DNA of 64,000 nt, from NCBI GenBank assembly GCA_964634205.1, contig CAZWKE010000004.1, positions 26,663 to 90,662 of the forward strand, given 5' to 3'. Under the pieces are notes generated by a model, which was not told the origin of the DNA, made no database searches, and worked only from the letters and a program-made list of their open reading frames with translations. Positions 37,616 through 46,796 of the stretch are shown one piece after another (the stretch's first letter is position 1; each line of letters starts with the position of its first letter). This stretch comes from an uncultured Spirochaetaceae bacterium (GTDB taxonomy: Bacteria > Spirochaetota > Spirochaetia > SZUA-6 > RPPD01). The position numbers and the translations under genes are program-made.

Positions 37616-37885
37616 ATGTCGGCAAATGTAGATCTGATTCAAATACTTTTGAACTGGAAGCTGGTGCTGATCGTCATCGTCGTTATCGTGGTGCTGCCCA
37701 TTATTTTTTATTTTGCGTCACTTGACAAAAAGGCGGTAAAAGTCAAAAAAATAAGATACAAATCACATAAAGGGGAAACACCCACAGAACCGGGACAACA
37801 GCCAACGCCTGAAGAGACAAAGGAAGGGAAAAGGAGATCCTCATCTGATGAGGAACGTTCTGTTCGGTTTAAGGAGGAGAGATGA
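37616..37885 (+). CDS. Small membrane protein (hypothetical)
   Basis: Internal start MSANVDLIQ…. One TM helix (LVLIVIVVIVVLPIIFYF) then a Lys/Glu/Pro-rich tail. Weak support. Confidence 0.35.
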   Translation: MSANVDLIQILLNWKLVLIVIVVIVVLPIIFYFASLDKKAVKVKKIRYKSHKGETPTEPGQQPTPEETKEGKRRSSSDEERSVRFKEER

Positions 37886-38496
37886 GAAAAATAGTTCTTA
37901 TTGGTATTGTATGTATTATATTTCTGTTTAGCGGTTGTATCGGAGTAGAGAGTACACTGAGGATTAATGGAAACGGATCAGGGACCCTGCAATTACAATA
38001 TAGAGTTTCGCAGTTGTTGGTCAGTATGGGGCAGACGGAAGAAGGGGGAACACAGCAGCCTCCATTGCCGCTGACCGAAGATGATTTCCGCCGGGCCATA
38101 AGGAGATCGCCGGGATTGACCCTGCGTTCCGTAAGCAGAGAGGAAACGGAAACCGATATCATTATCAAGGCCGAGATTTCCTTTAACAGTATGGCGAACC
38201 TGGCCGGAAGCAACCTGTTTACGGATATGCCGATCAGTGTGCGGCGCAGCGGAGATACCATCATTTTCACCCAGGTGCTTACCCAGGGCGGGGAAGAGAT
38301 GAGTGAAGAACAACTGCAGGCCATGGAAAGCTTTTTCCAGGGATACGATCTTGCGTTTGTTATCACCGCACCGCGTAAGGTTGTCAGTCATAACCGTGGT
38401 AAACTTTCTTCCGACGGGCGTACCGTAAGCTTCCATATTACGATGATGGATCTGCTTAAGCTGAAACAAAAAACAGAGCTTACCGTATCATGGTAA
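37882..38496 (+). CDS. Hypothetical lipoprotein
   Basis: Signal plus lipobox (MRKIVLIGIVCIIFLFSGC). ATGA overlap with the upstream ORF. Confidence 0.55.
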   Translation: MRKIVLIGIVCIIFLFSGCIGVESTLRINGNGSGTLQLQYRVSQLLVSMGQTEEGGTQQPPLPLTEDDFRRAIRRSPGLTLRSVSREETETDIIIKAEISFNSMANLAGSNLFTDMPISVRRSGDTIIFTQVLTQGGEEMSEEQLQAMESFFQGYDLAFVITAPRKVVSHNRGKLSSDGRTVSFHITMMDLLKLKQKTELTVSW

Positions 38497-38507
38497 AGAG
38501 AGGTGAT

Positions 38508-39668
38508 ATGAAAAAAATTATTCTGTATGTATTTTTAGGTCTGGTTTTAATTACCGGCTGCAAAAGTACGGGTAACGGAACAGCGGCCGACGGTTCGGAT
38601 AATACGAACGTCTCTCCCCAAAACGAAAAGGCTTCCGATGTTGCCGAGATGCAGACTTATCTTGACAATGCCCGTAAAAAAATCGATCAACTTGCCGTTT
38701 CCGAAGGAATCAGCCAGTATGTTGCCGTGCTTGCCATTGAGAACAAGCTGAAAAATCCCTCCGCCAAGGCCCGTGAGCTGGCCAAGGCCGCCGAAACCGA
38801 GTTGACCAAAATCGCTTCCGCCCTGCGTCTTACCCCCGGTCCCGACTGGCTGGATGAGAATGACAACCAGATTACCGGCAGCACGATGAGTTTGGGTAAG
38901 GACAAAGCGTTGAACCCGGAGGTGTTGTTAACATACAACATGGGCGGGAGTATTGTTGTCAGCGGGGCACCGGTGGAGTTCGAGTTTACCAAGGGAACCG
39001 GGTTGATCGATAAAACCATAAAAACCAATGAGTACGGCCAGGCACTCAGCCCCATCGCCAGGGTCGGCAATGTGAAACAGGAAGTAGTGGTACGGGCAAC
39101 CTTGGTATTTTACGTTAAGGGTTTTCGCTACCGGTTTGAGTCGGTCAGCTGCAGTTTCATTTATGTGCCGCCGTCCAAACGCGCCACCATTATTGTTTAT
39201 GAAAGCGCACCCGATTATGTTTCCGACCATCCATTTGTTTTTGACGCGGCCTATAATTCTTTAAAGAAGATCGACTTCGATTTTACGCAGTATAACGGTG
39301 TACTGCTCGGTAAAAAATTCTTAAAGGTGTTCGGCGGCGATATCAATGCCATTAAGAAACTGGCCCTGGAACAGTCTGTGCCTTATCTGGTGATGGTATA
39401 CAACGATTGTTACCGGGTCAATAAAGCGCATCCTGATTTTGAAATCTATATTTCCGAGGTAAAGGCGACACTGCGCATCATACGAGTGGCGGACGGAAAG
39501 ATATTGTATGAAGCCGTAGCCTACGCGGACAAGGCCCACAATACCAACGGCCAGGGAGGTTCTCTGGAAAAGGCCAGGAACAACGGTTTCAGAAAGGCCG
39601 CGGCATTGCTTGAGAAGGAGTTGAAGGGACAGTTTCAGCAGATCAATACGGCGCTCCTGGGGGAGTAG
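38508..39668 (+). CDS. Hypothetical lipoprotein
   Basis: Start MKKIILYVFLGLVLITGC (lipobox). ~386 aa. No family recognised. Confidence 0.55.
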   Translation: MKKIILYVFLGLVLITGCKSTGNGTAADGSDNTNVSPQNEKASDVAEMQTYLDNARKKIDQLAVSEGISQYVAVLAIENKLKNPSAKARELAKAAETELTKIASALRLTPGPDWLDENDNQITGSTMSLGKDKALNPEVLLTYNMGGSIVVSGAPVEFEFTKGTGLIDKTIKTNEYGQALSPIARVGNVKQEVVVRATLVFYVKGFRYRFESVSCSFIYVPPSKRATIIVYESAPDYVSDHPFVFDAAYNSLKKIDFDFTQYNGVLLGKKFLKVFGGDINAIKKLALEQSVPYLVMVYNDCYRVNKAHPDFEIYISEVKATLRIIRVADGKILYEAVAYADKAHNTNGQGGSLEKARNNGFRKAAALLEKELKGQFQQINTALLGE

Positions 39669-39766
39669 CAGTTCAAAATCTCCAGTTTTTCTACTAAATT
39701 TGTAACTCTGAAAAAAAACATTTTCCCTCTTGCTATTAATGTAAATTTGTATTATCTATATTTTAT

Positions 39767-39786
39767 AATGTGAATTAAATCACATT
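39767..39786 (+). promoter_or_regulatory. Rex-box-like operator (aaTGTGAAttaaaTCACAtt), with a second TGTGAA half-site at 39828-39837 overlapping the rex start
   Basis: Close match to the Rex operator consensus TTGTGAA-N4-6-TTCACAA, immediately upstream of the rex gene. TATAAT at 39764-39769 overlaps the site. Confidence 0.6.
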
Positions 39787-39831
39787 AAATCTAAGAAAGG
39801 TTTTAAACAAAAAAATTATTCTTAATTTAAT

Positions 39832-40464
39832 GTGAAATGGGGGGATATTATTAACAAAAACAGTGTGGCCCGGCTGTCACAGTATAAAAACGCCCTGATA
39901 CGCCTGAAAAATCTGGGTTTTGTGAAGGTGTTTTCGGACAACCTTGCCGATGCGCTTGACATCCGTCCAACCCAGGTACGGAAGGATTTTTCGCTGTTTC
40001 AAATATCGGGAAACAAGCGCGGCGGGTACAACATTAATGAACTGCTCGCGAGTATCCTGAAATTGTTGGGGAAAACCGAGCTGCAGAATGTCGTTTTGAT
40101 CGGTTTGGGGCATATGGGAACGGCCCTGGCGAATTACACGGGGTTTAAAAAAGAGGGCATCCGGGTATATGCCTGTTTTGATATTGATCCGGCCAAGCAC
40201 AATGAAGCGGCCGCCCCCCCGGTATACCCGATGGAGCGGCTGCGGGAGATTGTGAAAAAGGGAGATATTAAAATCGCGATTATCGCTGTCCCGGATATCG
40301 CCGCACAGCATGTGGCGGATTTGCTGGTTGCTGCTGACATTAAAGGGGTGCTGAATTTCACCTCCATTCAGCTGCGAACGCCCGCGGACGTCCCGGTGCG
40401 TACGGTAAATCTCGTGCATGAGCTTGAGAATTTGTTTTATTTTGTGCATACGGAGGAGGAGTAG
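39832..40464 (+). CDS. rex: Redox-sensing transcriptional repressor Rex
   Basis: GTG start. N-terminal winged helix (…ARLSQYKNALIRLKNLGF…), Rossmann NADH-binding GLGHMGTAL, C-terminal …IKGVLNFT…. Confidence 0.85.
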   Translation: MKWGDIINKNSVARLSQYKNALIRLKNLGFVKVFSDNLADALDIRPTQVRKDFSLFQISGNKRGGYNINELLASILKLLGKTELQNVVLIGLGHMGTALANYTGFKKEGIRVYACFDIDPAKHNEAAAPPVYPMERLREIVKKGDIKIAIIAVPDIAAQHVADLLVAADIKGVLNFTSIQLRTPADVPVRTVNLVHELENLFYFVHTEEE

Positions 40465-40472
40465 AGAGAACA

Positions 40473-42332
40473 TTGAAAATACTGAAGATTCGCAGCTTGC
40501 GTGCAAGGCTTTTTATTTCATTTGTAATAATAATCATTATTATCAGCGGGGCCAGCTGCGGTCTGATATTTTATCTTGTGCAACACGATATAATCCTCCG
40601 GTCACAGGAACAGGCCAGGACCTATCTTGAAACGGTGGATCAGTTTTTCAGGGATGAGATCAATAAACTGCGCACGGTTTTTTTGATGTTGAAACTTCCT
40701 GTTGATACCCCGGAATTGAAACAAAATCTGGGTCTGGACTATTTTTTTGTCAAAACGGATGAGACATACAGCCCGAGTCCTTTTGTCAGGCTGGCAATGG
40801 CCGGTACCCCGGCCGGTGGATTCCGGATTATGAAAAGGGACGAGTTGTTGAGTTACGGAGAGGGGCTTTTACGTAAATCAGCCATTGAAATAAAGGATCC
40901 GCCGGGCGGGGATACGGCGGCACAAACAAAACTGGAATCCGCTATGGTGCTGGAATACGCGGTTCCGCTTCCCGGTGGTAAACCGCACCAAAGGAAGGTT
41001 CTGTACGGCGGGTATATCATCAACAGGGATTTTTCACTTATCGACCAATTGCATAAACTGGTCTTTGAAAACAAACTTTATGATGGAAAGCCGATCGGTA
41101 CCATAACGGTGTTTCTTCATGATATCCGGATTGCCACCAATGTGCTGACCGACAGCGGCCGGCGGGCAATCGGTACAAGGGTCTCCGGGGTGGTAAACGA
41201 CACCGTCCTGGTGAAAGGACAGACATGGATAGACAGGGCGTTTGTGGTGACCGACTGGTATCGTACGGCATACAAGCCCATAAAGGACTATAACGGCAAT
41301 ACTATCGGAATCCTTTATGTGGGCATTCTGGAAAGACCGTTCGTGGATATGATCATCCGGGTGTACGCGTTCGCGCTTGTAATTTTTGCCGGGGTAATCG
41401 GGATCGGTATGGTCCTTACCATTGTATTGTCCAGAATGATTTTTAAACCGCTTAAGGCAATGCTCGACGCCACAAGCGGAATCGCCAGGGGTGATTATAC
41501 CGAGACGGTCAGGCTCCATTCACCTATGAAGGAGTTTGATGTTTTTAATTCAGCGTTCAAGCGTATGGCCCGTGAACTGAACAAGCGGGAGCAGCGTCTG
41601 AAGTTTTCCGGAGAGAAACTGGTTTCATTAAACAAGAGTTACCTTGACCTGATTGGGTTTGTTTCCCATGAGCTTAAGGGGATTCTTGCTTCAACCATCT
41701 TGAATGCCTATACGGTACGGGACGGATTTTTGGGGATGGTAAATTTCAAACAACGCCGGGCCCTGGATTCCATCACCAGGAACCTGGACTACCTGGCGGA
41801 GACGGTAAAGAATTTTCTCAGCCTGAGTAGAATTGAAAAAGGCGAGCTTATTTTTCAGAAAACCGAGTGCCGTCTGAAAGAGGATGTTTTTGATCCGGTG
41901 GTTGAAACATATGAGAAGGCGGCTGCGGAAAAAGGCATTCATTTTGTCAACGGGATCACCCCCGAAACAGCGCTGTGCTCGGACCGCGACCTGCTGTTTA
42001 TTGTGGTCAATAACCTCATCGGGAACGCGGTTAAATACGGTCGTGACAACGGGACGATTATGCTTTCCTCGTATGAAACAAACGGGAAGATTACCGCTGA
42101 AATATTCAACGAAGGTGACCCGCTGTCGCCGGATGATATCGGGCGCTTGTTCGGCAAGTTCATCCGCCTGGAATCGGCCCGGAAGCGTCATATTAAAGGC
42201 ACGGGTCTGGGGCTTTTTATCACCAAGGAGATCGTGGAAAAACATGGTGGAAAAATCTGGTGTGAAAGCAGGGAAAACGGAAATTCATTTATTTTTACAT
42301 TGGAAAGGGGGGAGTATGCTCACTCCGCTTGA
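40473..42332 (+). CDS. Sensor histidine kinase with large extracytoplasmic (Cache-like) domain, HAMP, HisKA, HATPase_c
   Basis: 619 aa. TM1 at residues ~13-35, a ~250 aa periplasmic region, TM2 ~292-318, HAMP, H-box FVSHELKGILAS, N box NLIGNAVKYG, G box GTGLGLFITKEIVEKHGG. Confidence 0.85.
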   Translation: MKILKIRSLRARLFISFVIIIIIISGASCGLIFYLVQHDIILRSQEQARTYLETVDQFFRDEINKLRTVFLMLKLPVDTPELKQNLGLDYFFVKTDETYSPSPFVRLAMAGTPAGGFRIMKRDELLSYGEGLLRKSAIEIKDPPGGDTAAQTKLESAMVLEYAVPLPGGKPHQRKVLYGGYIINRDFSLIDQLHKLVFENKLYDGKPIGTITVFLHDIRIATNVLTDSGRRAIGTRVSGVVNDTVLVKGQTWIDRAFVVTDWYRTAYKPIKDYNGNTIGILYVGILERPFVDMIIRVYAFALVIFAGVIGIGMVLTIVLSRMIFKPLKAMLDATSGIARGDYTETVRLHSPMKEFDVFNSAFKRMARELNKREQRLKFSGEKLVSLNKSYLDLIGFVSHELKGILASTILNAYTVRDGFLGMVNFKQRRALDSITRNLDYLAETVKNFLSLSRIEKGELIFQKTECRLKEDVFDPVVETYEKAAAEKGIHFVNGITPETALCSDRDLLFIVVNNLIGNAVKYGRDNGTIMLSSYETNGKITAEIFNEGDPLSPDDIGRLFGKFIRLESARKRHIKGTGLGLFITKEIVEKHGGKIWCESRENGNSFIFTLERGEYAHSA

Positions 42333-42672
42333 ACAAATCAAAAAAATGCGGGCTTTGGCCATCAACCGCATCATCGGCAGCGGGTACCTGTCTACGAAGC
42401 GCGTTTATGTGGGTATGGCAACCTGTGAAATCGCCGCCGGTTCCAAGGAGGTGATGCAGGTGTTTCAAGAGGCAAAAAAGCAGGGGCTGGCTGATGTGTA
42501 CGTCAGTCAAAAAGGCTGCGCGGGCAGGTGCAACCTGGAGCCGACCGTGGAAATTGTGGAAGAAGGCAAGATCCCGGTCAAGTATGGTCTGATCGACAAA
42601 GAAAAGGCGCAGCAGATTATTGAGCGTCATCTTAAAAAAGGAGAAGTGATTACAGAATGGCTGATCAAGTAG
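42316..42672 (+). CDS. Small thioredoxin-like ferredoxin-fold protein (HndB-like hydrogenase subunit)
   Basis: 118 aa from an internal ATG overlapping the histidine-kinase stop. Cys residues at MATC…KGCAGRC. Position and size match HndB of Hnd-type [FeFe] hydrogenases. Confidence 0.6.
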   Translation: MLTPLEQIKKMRALAINRIIGSGYLSTKRVYVGMATCEIAAGSKEVMQVFQEAKKQGLADVYVSQKGCAGRCNLEPTVEIVEEGKIPVKYGLIDKEKAQQIIERHLKKGEVITEWLIK

Positions 42673-44483
42673 AAACTCGGACAATTAAAAACAGTACCGC
42701 GCAATACAATGTTATCCTCTGTTCCGGTCCCAGCTGCCTGCACCGGAAATCCAAAGAACTGCTGCAGGCGGTCAGGCGTGAGCTGGTACGTCACGGGTTG
42801 GAGCGGAAAACCGAGGTAATCCTTTCGGGCTGCCTGGGAATGTGTAAAAAGGGCCCGATAATGATTATCAATCCCGGGTATACGATTTACGGGGGAATCC
42901 ATGAGGAGCATATCGCGGAGATCATCGAGGCGCACCTGGTAAAGAACAACCCGGTGAGTGAAAAAATAATTAATGAGGACCATCTGTTTAATCGGTTCTA
43001 TCGCATTTTCGGTGATGTGGCGTTCTTCGGCAAGCAGATGCGCATCGCACTACGGAACTGCGGTATTCTCGATCCTGAAAAGATCGACGATTATCTTTCG
43101 GTAAGGGGGTATGAGGCGCTGGCCAAGGTGCTGACCTCTTATACACCGGGTCAGGTAATAGAGGAAATCGGAATCTCCGGTCTTAGGGGCCGGGGCGGCG
43201 CCGGATTCCCCACGGGATTAAAGTGGAAGCTGACCGCCGAAACCGACTCCGCTGAAAAATATGTAATCTGCAACGCCGACGAGGGGGACCCCGGCGCGTT
43301 TATGGACCGGAGTGCCATTGAAGGCGATCCGCATACGGTACTGGAAGGGATGCTTATCGGCGGATACGCGGTGGGGGCCGTAAAGGGCTTTATCTATATC
43401 CGGGCGGAGTATCCGCTTGCCATTCGCCGGCTGGAAAAGGCGATCGCCGAGGCGCGCAAGCATAATCTGCTGGGCAAAAACATCCTGGGAAGTGACTTCA
43501 GTTTTGATATTGAAATCCGTCTGGGTGCCGGTGCCTTTGTGTGCGGTGAGGAAACCGCGCTCATCCAATCGATTGAGGGCGGACGCGGAATGCCGCGACC
43601 ACGGCCCCCGTACCCGTCGGTAAGCGGGGTGTTCGGCAAGCCCACTTTAATCAATAATGTCGAGACCTGGGCCAATATTCCGGTGATCGTGCTCGACGGC
43701 GCGGACTGGTTTGCTTCCATCGGTACCGAAAAAAGTAAAGGTACCAAGGTGTTTGCCCTGGCCGGGAACGTGGTCAACACCGGGCTGATAGAGGTTCCCA
43801 TGGGGACAACCCTGCGGGAGATAATATTCGATATCGGCGGCGGTATCCCCGACGGAAAGAAGTTTAAAGCCGTACAGACCGGCGGGCCTTCAGGGGGGTG
43901 TCTGACCGAGGATTACCTGGATACACAAATCGATTATGATTCTTTGGCCAAGGCCGGTTCGATCATGGGCTCTGGTGGAATGATTGTCATGGATGAAGGC
44001 ACCTGCATGGTGAATGTCGCCAAGTTTTTCCTTGAGTTCACCCAAAACGAGTCCTGCGGAAAATGTACGCCGTGCCGTGAAGGAACCAAACGCATGCTGG
44101 AGATACTGACCCGTATCACCGCGGGAAAGGGCAGGCAGGGGGATATCGAACAACTGGAGCGCCTGGGAAATATGATACGCAAGGCCTCACTGTGCGGTTT
44201 GGGGCAGTCTGCGCCCAATCCGGTCTTAAGCACCATAAAAAACTTCAGGCATGAATATGAAGAGCATATCAACCGGAAGCACTGCCGGGCCACGGTTTGT
44301 CCGGCCATGGTGGTCTACGGTATTACCGATGACTGTATCGGCTGCGGCGCTTGTGTGCGCGTCTGTCCGGTCGGCGCTGTTTCCGGAATAAAAAAGAACA
44401 AACATACCATCGATCAGGAAGCATGCATTAAATGCGGAGAATGCTACTCGACCTGCCGCTTTAAGGCAATTACCCGTACTTAG
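42657..44483 (+). CDS. NADH-binding flavoprotein subunit of multimeric [FeFe] hydrogenase (NuoF-like; HndC/HydB type)
   Basis: 608 aa. N-terminal Trx-like 2Fe-2S (CSGPSC…GCLGMC). NuoF core (GRGGAGFPTGLKW; FMN and NAD(H) glycine-rich loops). Two C-terminal 4Fe-4S ferredoxin motifs (CIGCGACVRVCP, CIKCGECYSTC). Confidence 0.9.
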   Translation: MADQVETRTIKNSTAQYNVILCSGPSCLHRKSKELLQAVRRELVRHGLERKTEVILSGCLGMCKKGPIMIINPGYTIYGGIHEEHIAEIIEAHLVKNNPVSEKIINEDHLFNRFYRIFGDVAFFGKQMRIALRNCGILDPEKIDDYLSVRGYEALAKVLTSYTPGQVIEEIGISGLRGRGGAGFPTGLKWKLTAETDSAEKYVICNADEGDPGAFMDRSAIEGDPHTVLEGMLIGGYAVGAVKGFIYIRAEYPLAIRRLEKAIAEARKHNLLGKNILGSDFSFDIEIRLGAGAFVCGEETALIQSIEGGRGMPRPRPPYPSVSGVFGKPTLINNVETWANIPVIVLDGADWFASIGTEKSKGTKVFALAGNVVNTGLIEVPMGTTLREIIFDIGGGIPDGKKFKAVQTGGPSGGCLTEDYLDTQIDYDSLAKAGSIMGSGGMIVMDEGTCMVNVAKFFLEFTQNESCGKCTPCREGTKRMLEILTRITAGKGRQGDIEQLERLGNMIRKASLCGLGQSAPNPVLSTIKNFRHEYEEHINRKHCRATVCPAMVVYGITDDCIGCGACVRVCPVGAVSGIKKNKHTIDQEACIKCGECYSTCRFKAITRT

Positions 44484-44491
44484 GAGAGAAT

Positions 44492-46279
44492 ATGAAAGCA
44501 AAAAAAATGATTTCCATCTATATTAACGATGTCCAATACAAGGTGGCAGACGGCCAGACCATAATGCAGGCCGCGGACGCGCTTGGTTTTAAAATCCCAC
44601 GGCTCTGCTATCACCCCAAACTTTCGATCGAAGGCGCGTGTCGTGTATGTATCGTACAGGTGGAGGGCCAAAAAAATTATACGGCCTCCTGCTCCTTCCC
44701 GGTCTTTGAAAATATGCGGGTGCATACCAATACCAAGGAGCTTCGCCGTGCCCGCCGGGACATCGTTGAGCTGATCCTGGACAATCATCCCCGGGACTGT
44801 CATACCTGTGAGCGGGACGGTGTCTGTGAATTGCAGCGCCTGGCCTACGCCATGGGCATAAGAAACCGCCATTTCGAAGGAGAGCGCAAACACTATGAAA
44901 AGGACCTGTCCTCTCCGTCGGTTATCCGCGACCCGGATAAATGCATTCTGTGCGGAAGATGCGTGCGCCTCTGCTCGGAAATACAGAAGGTAAATGCGTT
45001 GGGGTATGCGCACCGCGGTTTTAAAACAGTGGTTATGCCCGCGTTTAACAAGCCCTTTTCCGAGAGTGTCTGTACCACCTGCGGTCAATGCATTAATGTC
45101 TGTCCCACGGCCTCTTTTGTGGAAAAGAATAATACGCAGGAACTCTTTGAAAAACTTGACGACCCGTCTTTGACAAAGATCGTACAGGTAGCGCCGTCCG
45201 TACGGGCCGCCATTGGTGAGGCCTTCGGCCTTGAGGCGGGAAAGGCGATGCACAAAGAGCTGGTGTCCGCCTTGAAAAAATTGGGATTCGATTATATCTT
45301 CGATACGCAGTTTGCCGCGGACCTGACCATTATGGAGGAGGCCAGTGAGCTGCTTGATCGTATACAGGGAAACGGCCGCCTGCCCATGATTACCTCATGT
45401 TCGAGCGCCTGGATAAAGTACCTGGAGCACTTCTATCCGCAGTTCCTCCCCAACCTGTCAACCTGTAAGTCGCCCATGTCCATGCTCGGGGCCCTGATAA
45501 AAAGCTATTTTGCCAAGAAGTTGGGATGTGATCCTTCTAGGCTGCTGAGTGTGGCGGTTATGTGCTGTACGGCAAAAAAGCATGAGGCAAACCGGCCGGA
45601 ACTGGCCGTGGAAGGGCTGCCCGCGGTTGATATGGTGGTCACCACCAGGGAGATCGCCTGGATGATCAAGTCTGCCGGCATCGATATGATAAGTGCCAAA
45701 GGCAGTGATTTTGACGCCCCATTAGGGCTCTCCTCGGGCGCGGGGGCGATCTTCGGGGCTACCGGAGGAGTAATGGAAGCGGCCATCAGGACCGCATATG
45801 AGCTTTATACCGGTGAGACGCTGCTTGACATCGAGCTGCAGTCCCTGCGCGGTTTTTCCGGGATAAAGGAAGCGTGTTTTACCATGGAAGACAAGGAGAT
45901 CCGTGTGGCGGTGGCCCACGGCCTGGGAAACGCGGGGAAACTGATGGAGATCATAAAAAAAGAACCCGACCGTTACCATTTTGTGGAGGTAATGGGCTGC
46001 CCGGGCGGTTGTATCGGCGGCGGCGGTCAACCCTATGCCACGGCCAATTCCATTCCATTGGATGAAGATTTCTTAAAAAAACGTGCCGAAGCCTTGTACG
46101 GCATCGACAGGGATAAAACCATCCGCAGAAGCCATGAGAACCCCGACGTGCAGCGGTTGTACAAGGAGTTTTTGGGAAGGCCCTTAAGTACGGTGTCGCA
46201 CGGCTTACTGCATACGTCATACAGTAAAAAACAGCCACAAGGTATTATTGCCGGGGGAGGAAATAATGAACAGCAATGA
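44492..46279 (+). CDS. hydA: [FeFe]-hydrogenase large subunit (HydA/HndD type, M3 architecture) with atypical H-cluster motifs
   Basis: 595 aa. Plant-type 2Fe-2S, a His-ligated 4Fe-4S (HPRDCHTCERDGVC), two 4Fe-4S ferredoxin motifs, then the H-domain. L3 is canonical (EVMGCPGGCIGGGGQP). L1 reads TSCSSAW (expected TSCCPxW) and L2 reads MCCTAKKHE (expected MPCxxKxxE). Confidence 0.85.
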   Translation: MKAKKMISIYINDVQYKVADGQTIMQAADALGFKIPRLCYHPKLSIEGACRVCIVQVEGQKNYTASCSFPVFENMRVHTNTKELRRARRDIVELILDNHPRDCHTCERDGVCELQRLAYAMGIRNRHFEGERKHYEKDLSSPSVIRDPDKCILCGRCVRLCSEIQKVNALGYAHRGFKTVVMPAFNKPFSESVCTTCGQCINVCPTASFVEKNNTQELFEKLDDPSLTKIVQVAPSVRAAIGEAFGLEAGKAMHKELVSALKKLGFDYIFDTQFAADLTIMEEASELLDRIQGNGRLPMITSCSSAWIKYLEHFYPQFLPNLSTCKSPMSMLGALIKSYFAKKLGCDPSRLLSVAVMCCTAKKHEANRPELAVEGLPAVDMVVTTREIAWMIKSAGIDMISAKGSDFDAPLGLSSGAGAIFGATGGVMEAAIRTAYELYTGETLLDIELQSLRGFSGIKEACFTMEDKEIRVAVAHGLGNAGKLMEIIKKEPDRYHFVEVMGCPGGCIGGGGQPYATANSIPLDEDFLKKRAEALYGIDRDKTIRRSHENPDVQRLYKEFLGRPLSTVSHGLLHTSYSKKQPQGIIAGGGNNEQQ

Positions 46280-46790
46280 TGATATCAAATTACAGCAGTT
46301 GAAAGAGTACATGCAGGGTTTTACCAAAGACCCACATGCGCAGTCAAATCTGATTACCGTATTGCACCGGGCCCAGGAACTTTACGGCTATCTGAAACAG
46401 GAGGTCATGGAAGAGATCGCGTATAGTCTTGCGGTCCCGACCGCCAAGATCTGGGGGGTGGCCAGTTTTTACCATTACTTTAACCTGTCACCGGTGGGTC
46501 GTCATGTTATTTCCGTCTGCATGGGCACCGCGTGTTATGTCAAAGGAGCGGGGCTTTTATTGGAACGGGTACGGCAGAAACTCAACATCGATGTCGGCGC
46601 GACCTCCGCAGACGGGCTTTTTACCCTGCAGGAAGCGCGTTGCCTGGGTGCCTGTGGACTGGCACCGGTGGTGATGATTGACGATCGTATTTACGGCAAA
46701 CTTTCAGCCGAAGGGGTTGCCGCGGTTCTGGATTCGTATGCAAACCGGTATAAAAATAATAAACAACAATCAGTAGTAAGGAGTAAATAG
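46266..46790 (+). CDS. NuoE-like 2Fe-2S subunit of [FeFe] hydrogenase (HndA/HydC type)
   Basis: Start at MNSNDD with a GGAGG RBS. Trx-like 2Fe-2S motifs CMGTACYVKG and CLGACGLAPV. Confidence 0.85.
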   Translation: MNSNDDIKLQQLKEYMQGFTKDPHAQSNLITVLHRAQELYGYLKQEVMEEIAYSLAVPTAKIWGVASFYHYFNLSPVGRHVISVCMGTACYVKGAGLLLERVRQKLNIDVGATSADGLFTLQEARCLGACGLAPVVMIDDRIYGKLSAEGVAAVLDSYANRYKNNKQQSVVRSK

Positions 46791-46796
46791 CTTAGT

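Noticed and set aside
41884-42315. 5' extension of the hndB-like ORF (track ORF 41884..42672, 262 aa)
   Set aside because: The extension is an alternative frame inside the histidine kinase's HATPase domain. The ferredoxin-like domain begins at the internal ATG at 42316.
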